Shown here piece by piece: positions 13,975 to 32,954 of a stretch of 64,000 bases of DNA; the stretch's first letter is position 1, and every line of letters starts with the position of its first letter. Source of the DNA: Octopus vulgaris (taxonomy: Eukaryota); the NCBI GenBank assembly GCA_951406725.2, contig OX597834.1, positions 3,100,001-3,164,000 on the forward strand, read 5' to 3'. The position numbers and the translations under genes were made by a program. Under the pieces are notes generated by a model, which did not search any database, was not told the DNA's origin, and saw only the letters and a program-made list of their open reading frames with translations.

Positions 13975-15308
13975 CATCTAATACACCTATACATATACAT
14001 GCATATATATATTTATATATATGTATGTGTGTGTAGGAGTATATATTTATATGTATGGGTGTATGCACGCACACACAGTATATCTATATTTATATATATA
14101 CACATATATAAATGTCTGTATGTCTAAGTATATATTTGTGTGTGTATATATGTGCATGCAATTCCATATACATACATACATATATACATACAGCCATGCA
14201 TGCATACAATGCATACAATGCATGCATCGCACTAAGTACCTTTAAAGGTGTTTCAATCCGAAGAAATCACTTCTGAAGTTGTGAATAAAACAAAAACCAC
14301 CGGAAAACGATGAAAGCAAAACAACGTTGGAGAGAAATGGTTTTAAAAATGAATGAATTCGTGTTTGATAAATTCATTGTCGAGAGAATATTAACAAAAT
14401 GGGTTGAATTGTATTGCTGAACAAACAGAGAGAAATATATTTTAGAGAAAACTGTGATATGATAATCACAAAGAGGGGGATTATATTTTATGCCGGAGTG
14501 TTAAATAAAGCAGAGATGTAATAGGAGCCAAAATTCACACTTCGCTATTCATCTGAGGGTTTTAGCGGCGCAGGAATATGTTTAATTGTATGCACAACGG
14601 ATAGTGTAAGGTGGCAAGTGGAGTTTGAAAAGGTGTGGAGGGAGCATGTATGCATGAAGATGCGGGTAGATGGATGGATGGATGAGGGCAGGACACCCGC
14701 CTGCCTACCTATCTACCGACCAATCTATCCATTTATCTGTCTATCTATACTTGCATAAGTAGGTATGTACACACATACATACGTATGCATGTATGTATGT
14801 GTGTGTGTATGTATGTATGTATGTATGTATGTATGTATGTATGTATGTATGTATGTATGTATGTATGTATGTATGTATGTATGTGTGTGTATGTATGTAT
14901 GTGTATTCGTTATGCGAAATTGAAAATAGCATTAAATTAAAAGACACCGTTTGATGGCTTGATGCCGTAGATAAAATCTTCCCATACACATGTTATATTA
15001 CACAATATATATATATCGGATCAAAACGAACACTGTCCCTTTAGTGACTCACGGGGACGACAGACGCATTTCGCCTTTGTTGAGGGTTGTCAGTGCTGCG
15101 CACGCCAGTGTCACCTGCCGAAACGAAATTTGTGTCATTCTGATCTTGCAAAAAGCTGACCGGATTGGAAAAAGAATCTCGGTGTACGCAATTGAAACAG
15201 CATTAAACAAAATGGCCATCTCGGCGTCATATTAATGGTGTATGCATTTTTACGTTGTAAATACGTATAGAATGGCACACAGAGGGCGACATATATGTAT
15301 GCATGTAT

Positions 15309-15355
<47 letters not shown>

Positions 15356-15356
<1 letters not shown>

Positions 15357-15581
15357 TCTTTTACTCTTTTACTTGTTTCAGTCACTTGACTGCGGCCATG
15401 CTGGAGCACCGCCTTTAGTCGAGAAAATCGACCCCGGGACTTATTCTTTGTAAGCCCAGTACTTATTCTATCGGTCTCTATTTGCCGAACCGCTAAGTGA
15501 CGGGGACATAAACACACCAGCATCGGTTGTCAAGCAATGCTAGGGGGACAAACACAGACACATAAATACACACACACACAT

Positions 15582-15671
<90 letters not shown>

Positions 15672-15838
15672 GTACGACAGGCTTCTTTCAGTTTCCGTCT
15701 ACCAAATCCACTCACAAGGCATTGGTCGACCCGAGGCTATAGCAGAAGACACTTGCCCAAGATGCCACGCAGTGGGACTGAACCCGGAACCATGTGGTTG
15801 GTAAGCAAGCTACTTACCACACATCCACTCCTGTGCCT
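15356..15838 (-). mobile_element. Bipartite tRNA-derived SINE family B with an internal (CA/TA)n tract (other copies at about 6728-9331 split, 11380-12185, 38920-39135, 39385-39792, 54296-54657, 61445-61857)
   Basis: Head GGAGTGGCTGTGTGGTAAGTAGCTTGC...GGTTCAGTCCC (A/B-box-like) and tail ...CTCCAGCATGGCCGCAGTCAAATGACTGAAACAAGTAAAAGAG recur in the window. Confidence 0.85.
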
Positions 15839-16814
15839 ATATATATATATATAATTTTTTGTTTTTTTATTGTTTATAATTTTTGTTTTTATAAATTATT
15901 GTTTTTTTACACGAACACATACACACACATATTCCAGTATCCGCGAACACACACATACCTCCCACACACCACACACATACAACATACATTCATGCACATA
16001 TACGCACACATACTTCCACACACAATAAAATGAACACAACCTGACACACATCTCCACGTTCACACACATATACACACGCACGTACATACACACATGCACA
16101 CATGCACATACACATACACGCACATACATACGCACATAATACACGCGCACACACACACACACCAGCACAGATTCCCACATATACCTCCAACAAACAATAC
16201 CCATACAGATACGCGCACACACATGGGCACAGACACACACGCACATACATGCACGTAAGCACACACAAGCACACGCACGCACACAAAAACATGCGCACAC
16301 ATACACACGCACACACGCACACGAATGCACACACTCACAACCCTACGGATACACATATATACACCCACATACGCTTACACACACATATACACACGCACAC
16401 ATACACGCACACACAACTACACGCACATACGACACGCACGCACATACATACACACACACACAAATGAACCCACACATACATCCCATACACACAGCACACA
16501 ATGATGCATGCACGCACACATACATGTGTACACACATACGCACGTACAAGCACACACGCACACATACACAAAGTAAAGCACAGTTATTCGCCACACACAC
16601 AAACTCTACGCATACGCACACGAACACACACACTACAGACAAAACACACACACAATACATATACATACACGCACACACACACATACTTCAAACTACCAGT
16701 ACCTCTCACTGACCATTCCTCCACATGAGTAGACACAAGAGCCACTCCTACTTCCTTCTTCCTTGACCATAAACAATACTAAGCCCTACCACACACATAG
16801 ATTAACAGCCACAA

Positions 16815-16850
<36 letters not shown>

Positions 16851-17191
16851 TATCATTGCACACATACACACATACACACACACGCACACGCAGACCTGAG
16901 CGCAGGCACATATCCACACTTACACACACATACCTCCTCTTGCACTCTCCTGCCGTTGAAAGAACTTTTTCTTCACCCATTCCCTTCCGGTCATTCAAAA
17001 TGTGACCGCGTGTGTACCGTTGGCGATTTTTTTTCCTCCGTCTTCCCTTCTTTGGATCTTTCCTTTTCCTATGTTTCTGGCGAAGAGCTCCGCTCGAAAC
17101 GTTAAACCCTTCTTCTTCCCTTCCTTCCTGAGCCTCCAATAATACTATATTTGTTCCACGTCCTCGTGTTGTTGTGTTTTCATGTTTGGAT

Positions 17192-17266
<75 letters not shown>

Positions 17267-17955
17267 AACAGTTTTATAATATCACCATTACCAATTTAAC
17301 AAACTTAACGTGTGACGTTTTAGCGTCATAACTTGTGGTATGGTTCATCGTTCCGGGAGAAAAAATCCCTTTAAAAACGCATCGAGTTAAACAAAAAAGC
17401 AACACAATATATTTGAGAGTTAGACGAAATTAACCCGTATAAAAGCTGCTCCTACTTGTTTGGACATGAACTCGCTGGGAAGCATCTGACTGCGCATGCG
17501 AAATGTCCAGTAGGGAGTCGACGCCCCTAGCTGACAGTTGCCTACTGTCCTTCTCTTCCAGATTGTGGAACTTTTTATGGGCATATATGGGTTAATTCGA
17601 CTCGGAAGTGATCATGAGAGCGGTAGATAAACGTATTTCGCTGCAGTTGCAGCTTGTCAGTAATGCGCATTCGAGTCGCTTTCGAAAGGAAATCGAGAAC
17701 TCTTGGCTGGAGCAAACTGAGAGAGTAAGAGTCGTTTGCGGAGTTGAGGTGACCTGGTTCGAGTGACGGAGGAAGCAAAACTGACAGGAATATACTCATA
17801 GAGGGACAAGTTAAATGCCGTAACTAGCGGCATCGTCATCGTTGTCATTATCAACATCATCAGCGTCATCATTACCATCACCATCAGCTTCTTCATCATC
17901 ATCATCATCGTCATTGGGTGACTGAAATCTTTTTGCTGACGATTCAATGCTTGTG

Positions 17956-18002
<47 letters not shown>

Positions 18003-18239
18003 AGTTGTGTGCGCGTGCATGGCTGCGTGGGCGGTTATATGGGTGAATGGGGTCGTTGAGGGTGATAGGGAGATGGGTGGGTAGAAGGTGGTGCGGGGAG
18101 AGGAGGAGGTGGACGGTAAACAAAACGAAAACGAAAACAAAACAATGGAATCAGAAAACTGGAGAAGAACAAAAGAAATTCCTGTAAGTTTTCCTCCATT
18201 GTTGGTTTGTGGAGAATTAATGATAACAACAATGAAGGC

Positions 18240-18399
18240 ATCTACCACCACCACAACCACCGCCACCGCTACTACTACTACTGATACCACCACAACCACC
18301 ACCACCACAACCACAACCACAACCACAACCATAGCCACAATCACCACCGCTACTACTACTACACAACGAATAATAATAATAATGATAATAATAATAATA

Positions 18400-18463
<64 letters not shown>

Positions 18464-18490
18464 TAATAATAATAATTAATAATAATAATA

Positions 18491-18575
<85 letters not shown>

Positions 18576-18589
18576 TAATAATAATAATA

Positions 18590-18647
<58 letters not shown>

Positions 18648-18674
18648 TAATAATAATAATTAATAATAATAATA

Positions 18675-18753
<79 letters not shown>

Positions 18754-18940
18754 TAATAATAATAATAATAATAATAATGATAATAATAATAATAATAATG
18801 ATAATAATAATAATTCCACTACTACTACTACTATTATCTCTACATCTACCACTACTAATACTACTGATAGTGCCATCACTACTAGTATCACTACTATTAT
18901 TAGTAACACCACCACCACCACTACTACTACTACCACTACA
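18240..18940 (+). repeat. Compound trinucleotide microsatellite (ACC/ACT/AAT)n
   Basis: (AAT)n of about 445 bp at 18369-18814, with the same interruption pattern recurring at about 185-bp spacing. Confidence 0.9.
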
Positions 18941-19073
18941 TTACATTGTTTCAAACTACTCTGTTTTAACAATCAGGTGTTAGCTATTGTGAATGCTGTA
19001 TAATGGAGTAGAGAACCTCCATGCCGCCGCCGCCGCCGCCGCCGCCGCCGACACTGGTTTCGGTTGCTCTGCC

Positions 19074-19105
<32 letters not shown>

Positions 19106-19789
19106 CAATAAACACACACATGTGTAAGCTACAACAACACATCATTTATCGTCACCACTTCCACTGCACCAGTTGCATCACCACCGCCGCCACCACCATC
19201 ATTATCATCATCATCATCATCATTACAATTTGCATCATCTTCACCACCACCACCACCACCACCACAATCATCACTACCATCATCAGTATCGCCATCGCCA
19301 CCACTATAACAACCATCACCGCCACCATGGAGCCACCGTCCCCGCCGCCGCCATCAAATAACAACCAGGTCCTTAAACAAGACCCTCCAATGACTCCAGC
19401 CTGCATCGCTGTCAACGACCGCCGTCACACGTGAGCATGCAACAAAGGAACCATCCCCCACCATCCCCCACCATCCCCCACCATCCCCCACCATCGACAC
19501 CTCAAGCGAGTAACCAACAACATCGCAACCATTGCATACACCCCACCACATGCACCGTCACCACACGGCTGTAGCAGCGATGCAGTCGCCGCCGCCGCCG
19601 CCACACCCACACCACCTCACGTCCATCACCCACCTCACCATCCTCCCCCCACCGCCGCCTCCACTTGATTGTATTTTGCTGTCAACCATCACACTTCAAA
19701 TGACATCCGACATTTGGAATTATTACGATTTTAAGTTTATTTGCCTGCATCTCTTGTCTAACAAGACAACTGGACTGGCTGAAACACAT

Positions 19790-19790
<1 letters not shown>

Positions 19791-19882
<92 letters not shown>

Positions 19883-19909
19883 GGAGAGAGAGAGAGAGAG
19901 AGAGAGAGA

Positions 19910-19979
<70 letters not shown>

Positions 19980-20021
19980 GGAGAGAGAGAGAGAGAGAAA
20001 GAAAGAAAGAGAGAGAGAGAG

Positions 20022-20087
<66 letters not shown>

Positions 20088-20104
20088 AAGAAAGAGAGAG
20101 AGAG

Positions 20105-20179
<75 letters not shown>

Positions 20180-20180
20180 C
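19791..20180 (+). repeat. Compound (GATA)n/(GA)n microsatellite; other (GATA)n at 6264-6408, 13175-13262, 21068-21140
   Basis: Direct reading. Confidence 0.95.
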
Positions 20181-20181
20181 A

Positions 20182-21066
20182 GATAAGTTTCTTTATTGGC
20201 CACACAGGGCTGCACACAGATGGGACAAGTTACAAGGTAGAGCTTTTCTTTTGGGGGATGAAAAAAAAAACCAAAAAACAAAAACAAAAGAATATAAAAA
20301 AACAAAAAAGGGTGGCGTTGGTTTTCGATCAAAAGGGATCGTAAAAGGGAAAAAAGAACAAAAAAAAGGAAAAGAAAAAAGGGAAAAGGAACAAAGGAAA
20401 AGAAAAATGAAAAAAGAAGAAAAAAGAGGAAAAAAGGGGAAGAGGAAAAGAAAACGATCAATAGGGATCGTGTATCACAGTGTCATGATGTATGGTGTAA
20501 AGGGGAAAGCAAGTAAGGTTTATCCGTGGGAAGAAAAGCCTACGAAAAAGACCACGGTAACCTTGGTCAATATTGTTATATGTTACCACATTTGTTTGCA
20601 AGTGGGTAACCCTCAGTTTTCATTTCTGGGTTCATAGGATTATGCTCAAGGTGGCTTCGTCATTCATACGTGCCATCGTTGCTACATTCACCCATCTTTT
20701 TTTAAAACGTTCGCTAGACAAAACTTGCCTCTCTACTCTCACTTTCCTTTTCAAGTGTTACTTGAAGAAGTTGATGAGAGGTTGACCAGAGAGGAAAGTG
20801 TTTGTCTCCAATCCTTTCAGACGCATCCACCAGATACATTCTTTCGCCATATCCACAAGGATGATGAAAATAGCTCTTCCTTCCCGTTTGAAGGAAGGAG
20901 GCGTGACAATATTGACGATAGACTCAGCTGATAAACCGACTCGTCCCACACGTGACAGCAGTTGTTCGACATAAGCCCACAGGTCGGAAATTGTTGGACA
21001 CTGCACGAGTGCGTGCAGAACGGTTTCGTCGCTCTGACCGCATCTCGGTCAGAGCGACGAAACCGT

Positions 21067-21067
<1 letters not shown>
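20182..21067 (-). mobile_element. 5'-truncated Tx1/L1-like LINE 3' end with zinc-finger remnant
   Basis: PRCGQSDETVLHALVQCPTISDLWAYVEQLL...AKECIWWMR...RWVNVA; AATAAA followed by (TATC)n; (GATA)n on both sides. Confidence 0.78.
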
Positions 21068-21140
<73 letters not shown>

Positions 21141-22604
21141 TATATCTTTATTAGCCACGCGGGGCCGAACACAGAGGGGACAATTCAAAGTAGAACTTTT
21201 CAAAAGAAAGAAAAAAACATCAAAAGGGATATATATACACAGGACATCCACATTATGTTGGCAAACAGCCTTTACTTTAAATACTATTGCTATTTTTAGA
21301 TCAGTGACTCTCACTTTGAAAGCTATATATTCTAACAATGAGTTCAGCAACGCTATCTGGCCAAGCAGCTACGCTGTGTTGATAAAGGGTAATAACCCAG
21401 AAACTAGTCCACAGATGTTGTTTTCCGCTAGGTGGGAGTGCTAAACTCCCTATTCAAAAATATTAGGACAGTGATATTGTGTCGTATAGCCAGCTAGAAA
21501 CGATGTTTCTTGGGGCTAAAACGACAGTAAGGTCGTCCCTTTCAGGACAGCCACATTGTGATGGCAAGTAGCCTTTACTTTATACACATACATACATACA
21601 TACATACATACATACATACATACATACATACATACATACATACATACATACATACATACATACATACATACATACATACATACATACATACGTACACGAG
21701 TGGACAAACGAAAGAAAGGCACTCAGCACATTTATTGAGAGTTACATGTATGGGTCAAAACAGTTTCATTCAAATTCCTTGGTACTTCGAGTTTCAAAGC
21801 GTGATGCTAATTCTCAGCCATTGGGAATTTGAATGAGAGATCAGTTGGAGAAAGTCAAATGTTATTAACGGTAGGTGGGTTCTGATTGGTCAAGAAAGGT
21901 CACGTGGCGTCACAGTTAATACCGGTAATAACACTTGACTTTCTCCGAGGCGTGGCCGCAATCGAATGACCGTTAGAGGTTGAAAATAAAAGATAAAACT
22001 CTCTGCAAGCGGAGCAATCTCATGTACAACTTTATCACGTGGAGCATATCAAATCACTGAGTCACCGTGGCGTTCCATCCATGTACACCCTGTACCAATC
22101 TGCACAGTTCTGCAAAACTCCCGCCGCCACTAGCTTCTTTGATGTTATCACGAAATCTGATTTTAGATCTTTCTCTTGTTCTTCTGCCATATGCTGCACC
22201 TGATAACAGAAACCTATCAAGGTTTTGTCTTCAAGGCCGGTGAAGGTCCATTTTCTTTTCATGATACAATCTAACAGCCTTTCCTGGCATTTTATCTTGC
22301 CAAGGACCCACTCCATTAGTTGTTTCATCTGTCCAATTTTACGTACAGTATATCACTCCTAAATATTCCGTCTGCTTGCGTCATTACTCCGGCCGCTTTC
22401 ATCATTATTCCGGCTGTTTACGTCATTGTTCCAGCTGCTTACGTCATTGTTATACACATCGGTTGTTTCTTTAAACAAACAGAATTTCTTATAAAAGTCT
22501 TTCTACAACCGACAGACGACCGAGATACACAAACATATATTGTTATGAACATGTGAACCAGGAAACACGATGTCATGTCCGGCTAATATATGCGTGCGTA
22601 TGTA

Positions 22605-22639
<35 letters not shown>

Positions 22640-22904
22640 TTGTGAGTGTGTATGTGTCTGTGTGTGTAGCTTTAGTTTATACAGCTCGTCTTTATTTTCT
22701 CGTGCCTTATCTTTCAAGCCAACTTCATAGATTCGCTGGTCATTGCTTTGAACGATCTCAAATTATTCATCTTTGCAGGGCACACACTAAATACTTTATA
22801 TGCACAAATATTTGAATTATATATTTACGATATTAACGAGAAATGTCTATTGCCACTTTTATGATTAATATATATATATACGCATATGTATATGTATGTG
22901 TGTG

Positions 22905-22970
<66 letters not shown>

Positions 22971-23692
22971 CATACATAATCATGCATACACACACACGCA
23001 TTGATTTATAAAGACGGCAGAAATCTTGACTCTAACTCCATGTCATATCAAAGAGTTTCCTTTACTACAAGAAACTGATTATGGTTTTCTGGCAGTAGAA
23101 GTGGTGCTGGTGGTGGTGGTGGTGGTAGTGGTGGTGCTGGTGGTGCTGGTGGTGCTGGTGGTGGTGCTGGTGGTGCTGGTGGTGCTGGTGGTGCTGGTGG
23201 TGGTGCTGGTGGTGCTGGTGGTCGTGGTCGTGGTCGTGGTCGTCGTCATCCTGAGGAGGATGAGAAAGATGACGATGATGATGGACATGATGGAGGATGA
23301 TGGGGAGGCGATGGTGTTGGTGTTGGAGGAGGTGGGGATGGTGGGGGGACTGTGGTGGTTGATGTTGTCGCTGTTCTTGTTCTTCTTAAGCAGATAACAA
23401 AAGATCAATGACACATGATAACCTTGCTCTGGCATCGAAATGGACTTTGTTGGTGTTGTTGTTGTTCTAGCAATCACTGTGGTAGTTGTTGTAATTATCA
23501 TTATTACTATTGTTGTTGTTGGTGGTGGTGTTGTTCTTGTAGTTGTTTTTTCCAAGGCTAGGTTCCACTACAGCAATCCAAACATTAATCATCCTCATAA
23601 ACCCTCTTTCTCATCCTCTCTCTCTCCCTCTCTCTTTCTATATACGCATGTGTGCGTAAGGTATACATATATATATACATACATATATATAC

Positions 23693-23757
<65 letters not shown>

Positions 23758-23782
23758 TAAATTAGAGATAAATTATTATTAA

Positions 23783-23818
<36 letters not shown>

Positions 23819-24015
23819 CGGCGGTGCCCCAGCATGGCCACAGCTCATAAGCTGAAACTAGAATCAATCAATCAATACATATATATATATATATATACCA
23901 TGCGGTGTGTCTTTGAGCCGGTCCAGAGTAACAGGCCACTGGGCTAATTTTGATAAAGTACTGCACTTCATATTTCTATTGAGTACTTCTTCTCTGGACC
24001 GTTACACAACAACGA

Positions 24016-24048
<33 letters not shown>

Positions 24049-24174
24049 GAGAAATGGAGAGATAATAGTGATATGCATATACGTAAATGTGTGTGTGGAT
24101 ATCTTTAATGAGAACCCAACAATCTTGGACAATTGATTAAAGCTGTTCGTCATTTTTTTCACTCTACAGAAATC

Positions 24175-24231
<57 letters not shown>

Positions 24232-24387
24232 TGTATATATATATAATCCGAAGTGTACAATATCCATCACGGCTGATCTTACCAATCGGTTTCGCGCTAG
24301 AGATATTATGGCGTGTTAGGTAACAATCCGATCGGTTATATGACCCTGCGCTCGTCAGAGGAGCCGATACATACATACATACATACA

Positions 24388-24418
<31 letters not shown>

Positions 24419-24772
24419 CACTTAGGCATAGTGAATTTATTTATCCAGAAGTGTATATGTACTTGTATACATTTACTTTTAGAAATGTTATTTATTTGTT
24501 TAATGCCGTTGTTTTTAAGCAGAGTTTCTGATCAAATTTCACATATTCAGGTTGTCTGAATTTAGTGATGAATAACAGTTTTATAGGTAGAAATATTCAT
24601 AGTTCCTGCTTCTTGCTTAGTATAAGTCAATCGGTGACCTTTCTTGTACTCCATGGCCTTAGTGCACACTCACACACACACTCACACACACATTCCTTGT
24701 TTTGTCCTCTATTGTCCATTATGTCTTTTCTTAATGTAAACCCCCGTGGTTAACAAAGAAATCATTACGATT

Positions 24773-24803
<31 letters not shown>

Positions 24804-25245
24804 AAGCGGCGAACTGGCAGAATGGCTAAGCACACCAAGTAAAATGCTTAGCAGTATTTCGTCCATCTTTTTGTTCTGGGTTCAAATTCTGCCGAGGTCG
24901 ACTTTGCTTTTAATATTTTCGGGGTCGACAAATTAAGTAACAGTCAAACCCAGGGTTGGATGTAATCGACTAGCTCCCTCTCCAAAAATTTCAGGCTGTG
25001 TGCCTTTAGCAGAAAGGGCTATTATTATTATCATCATCATCATCGTTATTAAGGCGGCGAACTGGCAGAATCGTTAGCATACCAGACAGACTTTACGTTC
25101 TGAGTTCAAATTCCGCCGAGGTCAACTTTGCCTCTCATCCTTTCAGGGTCGATAAAAATAAAGTACCAGTCATGTACCTGGGTCGATGTAATCAACTAAA
25201 CCCCATCCCCCCACGCTAAATCTCAACCCTCGTGCCTAAAAAAAG

Positions 25246-29502
<4,257 letters not shown>

Positions 29503-29753
29503 CGATTTCATTATTATTTTTCTTTTCTCCTCTGTCTTTTTCCTGGTGTCTCACTCTTCTGGACTATTCACAACACAACCACAACCACCACTCTGTCTAC
29601 TATGGCCAATACCACTTCATATTGTTGATGTTTAATATGCCAGTAATGGCGGTGAGAGAATTAATTAGTTCAGCTCACTGATTATCTGATGCTGGCGTCA
29701 CACACACACACACACACACCGTATGTGTGTAAGCATGTGTGTATGTGTATACG

Positions 29754-29818
<65 letters not shown>

Positions 29819-30047
29819 GCCTAACTGCATTAATCTGCATCGCCAGTTCCATATTTGGCCCATCTTGGATTTCTCTCAGAACTACTCTTGACGTTGTGGA
29901 CCTAATCCTTGAGGAATTCAGAGTTTATGCTCAAATTCACTTGAACACTTCGATGTGTTTTCTATCTGAACACATCCAGCTTTTACCCACTGTCTGTACG
30001 TGTGTGTGTGTGTGTGTGTGTGTAAAGATAGACGAGGCTGGTACCAA

Positions 30048-30112
<65 letters not shown>

Positions 30113-30217
30113 GGAGTAAACACATAAATGTGAAACAAGGTGGAAAAAAAGAGTACTCAAATACCAGTAGTAGAGTAATATGCTTTAAAGCAGAATTTTC
30201 TGCTGCTTTAAATAAAG

Positions 30218-30254
<37 letters not shown>

Positions 30255-30347
30255 ATATATATACTTTTTTATAAACCCGATTAGAATTTTCAAAAACTGT
30301 TTAAATAAAAAGCATATTACTCTACCTTCGGTTTTCGAGTACGATTT

Positions 30348-30379
<32 letters not shown>

Positions 30380-30935
30380 AAGGTGGCTATACACAATATA
30401 AAAACAAAAAGGAAGAATTCTATTTGGGAAGAATTGAACTATCTGTGTGTGTATGTGTATCGTTTGTAGAAATGCATAAATCCAGGGGATAAGCACACAG
30501 AGCAGTTAATATTATCATGAGGGAGGCTGTTTTATGGGGTTACCCTGGGTATCTTCAGACCCCAAACACTGCTGGCCTAAGACCTCTTCAAAATATGGCC
30601 TCGTTATGAAAGGTAAGCACGAGGTGATTATCCCCCTTTGCCATTGGCCATCGACCTTCGGTCGCGCGGCCATATTGCAGTCACCAAAGAACCACGAAGA
30701 TGTCCCCCTTCAAGCCTTGGCTATTGGCTTCTGGCTGTAGTGTTGCCTTGTGGATTCCAAAGTCACTCGACACCATCGCCGTCTTTCCCAAAATCGAAAT
30801 AGAAAAAGAGTTGGCAGAGCATTTAGTTTCTGGCTCAAAATTTATTCGACCAAAAATTCTTCAGGGCGATGCCCCAGCATGGCCGCAGTCTAATAACTGA
30901 AACAAGTGAAGGATAAGAGATGATTATGTACGCAC

Positions 30936-30973
<38 letters not shown>

Positions 30974-31495
30974 ACGTGCGCGTCTGTGTGTTTGCATTTG
31001 TTGCCCATTACAACCGGTACTAGTCTGTTTACGTCCCCGTAATTAGTGGTTCGGCAAAAAGGGGGAATGATAGTATGAGTGTCAGGTTTAAGAAGTAAGT
31101 GATGCGGTCAATTTGTTCGACTTAAAATCCTTCAAGGCGGTGCTCCAGCATGGCCACAGTCCAACAACAGATACAAGTAAAACATTAAAATAAGATACAT
31201 AAATTTAATTATATCATTATCTTCTCAATATACATACATATTGCCATACGACCCCCCCTTCTCTCCCTCTCTCTCTTGGTATGTCGTAAATAAAATACTA
31301 TTACACACATACACATACATATGTGTATGTGTTTATATATATTCATAATCTTACATACACATATATATTTATATATGCACACAGACATCCACTCATACAC
31401 ACATATACACATTTACACACACACACACACACGAACATCAAACAGAGGATGTGTGTGCATGTGTGTGTGTATATCTCCAAATTAATATATATACA

Positions 31496-31528
<33 letters not shown>

Positions 31529-31532
31529 CTAC

Positions 31533-31563
<31 letters not shown>

Positions 31564-32311
31564 TATACATATTTACATATATATATATGCATATATATAT
31601 ATATATGCATATATATTTACATATATATATTTTTTACATATATATATATATATATGCATATATATTTTCATATACATACATATATACACATACATATATA
31701 CACATATATTTACATATATATACATGTATACATATATATACACATATACACATTTATATATATACATATATATACACACATATACACATATATATACACA
31801 CATATATATACACACATACACACACACACATATATATATATATACATATACACACACACATATACACACATACACGCATGCACGCACACACACACATATG
31901 TACACACATTATAGATATGTACACACACACACACACACACTGATACATAGATAGATTAATGAAGCTATTGTTGTTTAATTGTGTTGTCTACTTCAAAACT
32001 ATTTACTTAAAACGTGTTGCAGGAAATCTTTCCCAATTTAATTACAATTTTACCGATGAACAAACAAGAAACACACTTGAAGAATCACTCCAGCCCCTCG
32101 GCGCACACACACACACACACACACACAGACGTTTATGCATACATATACGCCTATATATATATATATATATACACACTGTACACATGTTCGTTCGTGTGCG
32201 AGCGTGTACGCTGCAACTAGCGTCAGTCCAGTCGACTTGAGTATTTAACTAATCTTAACCCTCTTGAGCAGCATTTCACTTAATTGTATATTCGCTTTGG
32301 CATGCATGCAT

Positions 32312-32362
<51 letters not shown>

Positions 32363-32954
32363 TATACATATACATACATATATATATACATACATACAAA
32401 CATGCATATATATTATATGCATACATATATATATGAATATATAAGGTCTGTATACGTATGTGTGTGTACATATATATCTATATGTACACATTCTTATACA
32501 TGTATAATACATACATACATACATTGATGTATATACATACACATATACATACATTTACACATATTTACGTACATGTATGTATACAAGTATATATATATTT
32601 ACATAAACATACACCTATATACACACATATGTATGCATATATATATATATATGTATACACCTAAATATACACATACATATACGTATGTATATATATTACA
32701 TATATATGTATGCACACACACACACAATTTGTATAAATCTAATGATTCACTCTGACATTACTCAGAGTTTTCACTTTGTGTGCGTCGTTTATGCTGTGAA
32801 TGGTGGATGTACAGCTTATCCCAATCCGGTAATATCTCATTCTAGCCGAGATAATCTAAGGATAACCAGACATTGTCTAAGTTGAAACCCAACACACAAT
32901 CGCTCATCCCACCATAAAACCTCTACAGACGGTAGAGGTTTAATGGTGGGAAAG

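Noticed and set aside
19021-19804. Proline- and histidine-rich ORFs resembling formin or transcription-factor tracts
   Set aside because: They are built from CCG/CCA/CAT triplet repeats with no recognisable domain or supported splice structure
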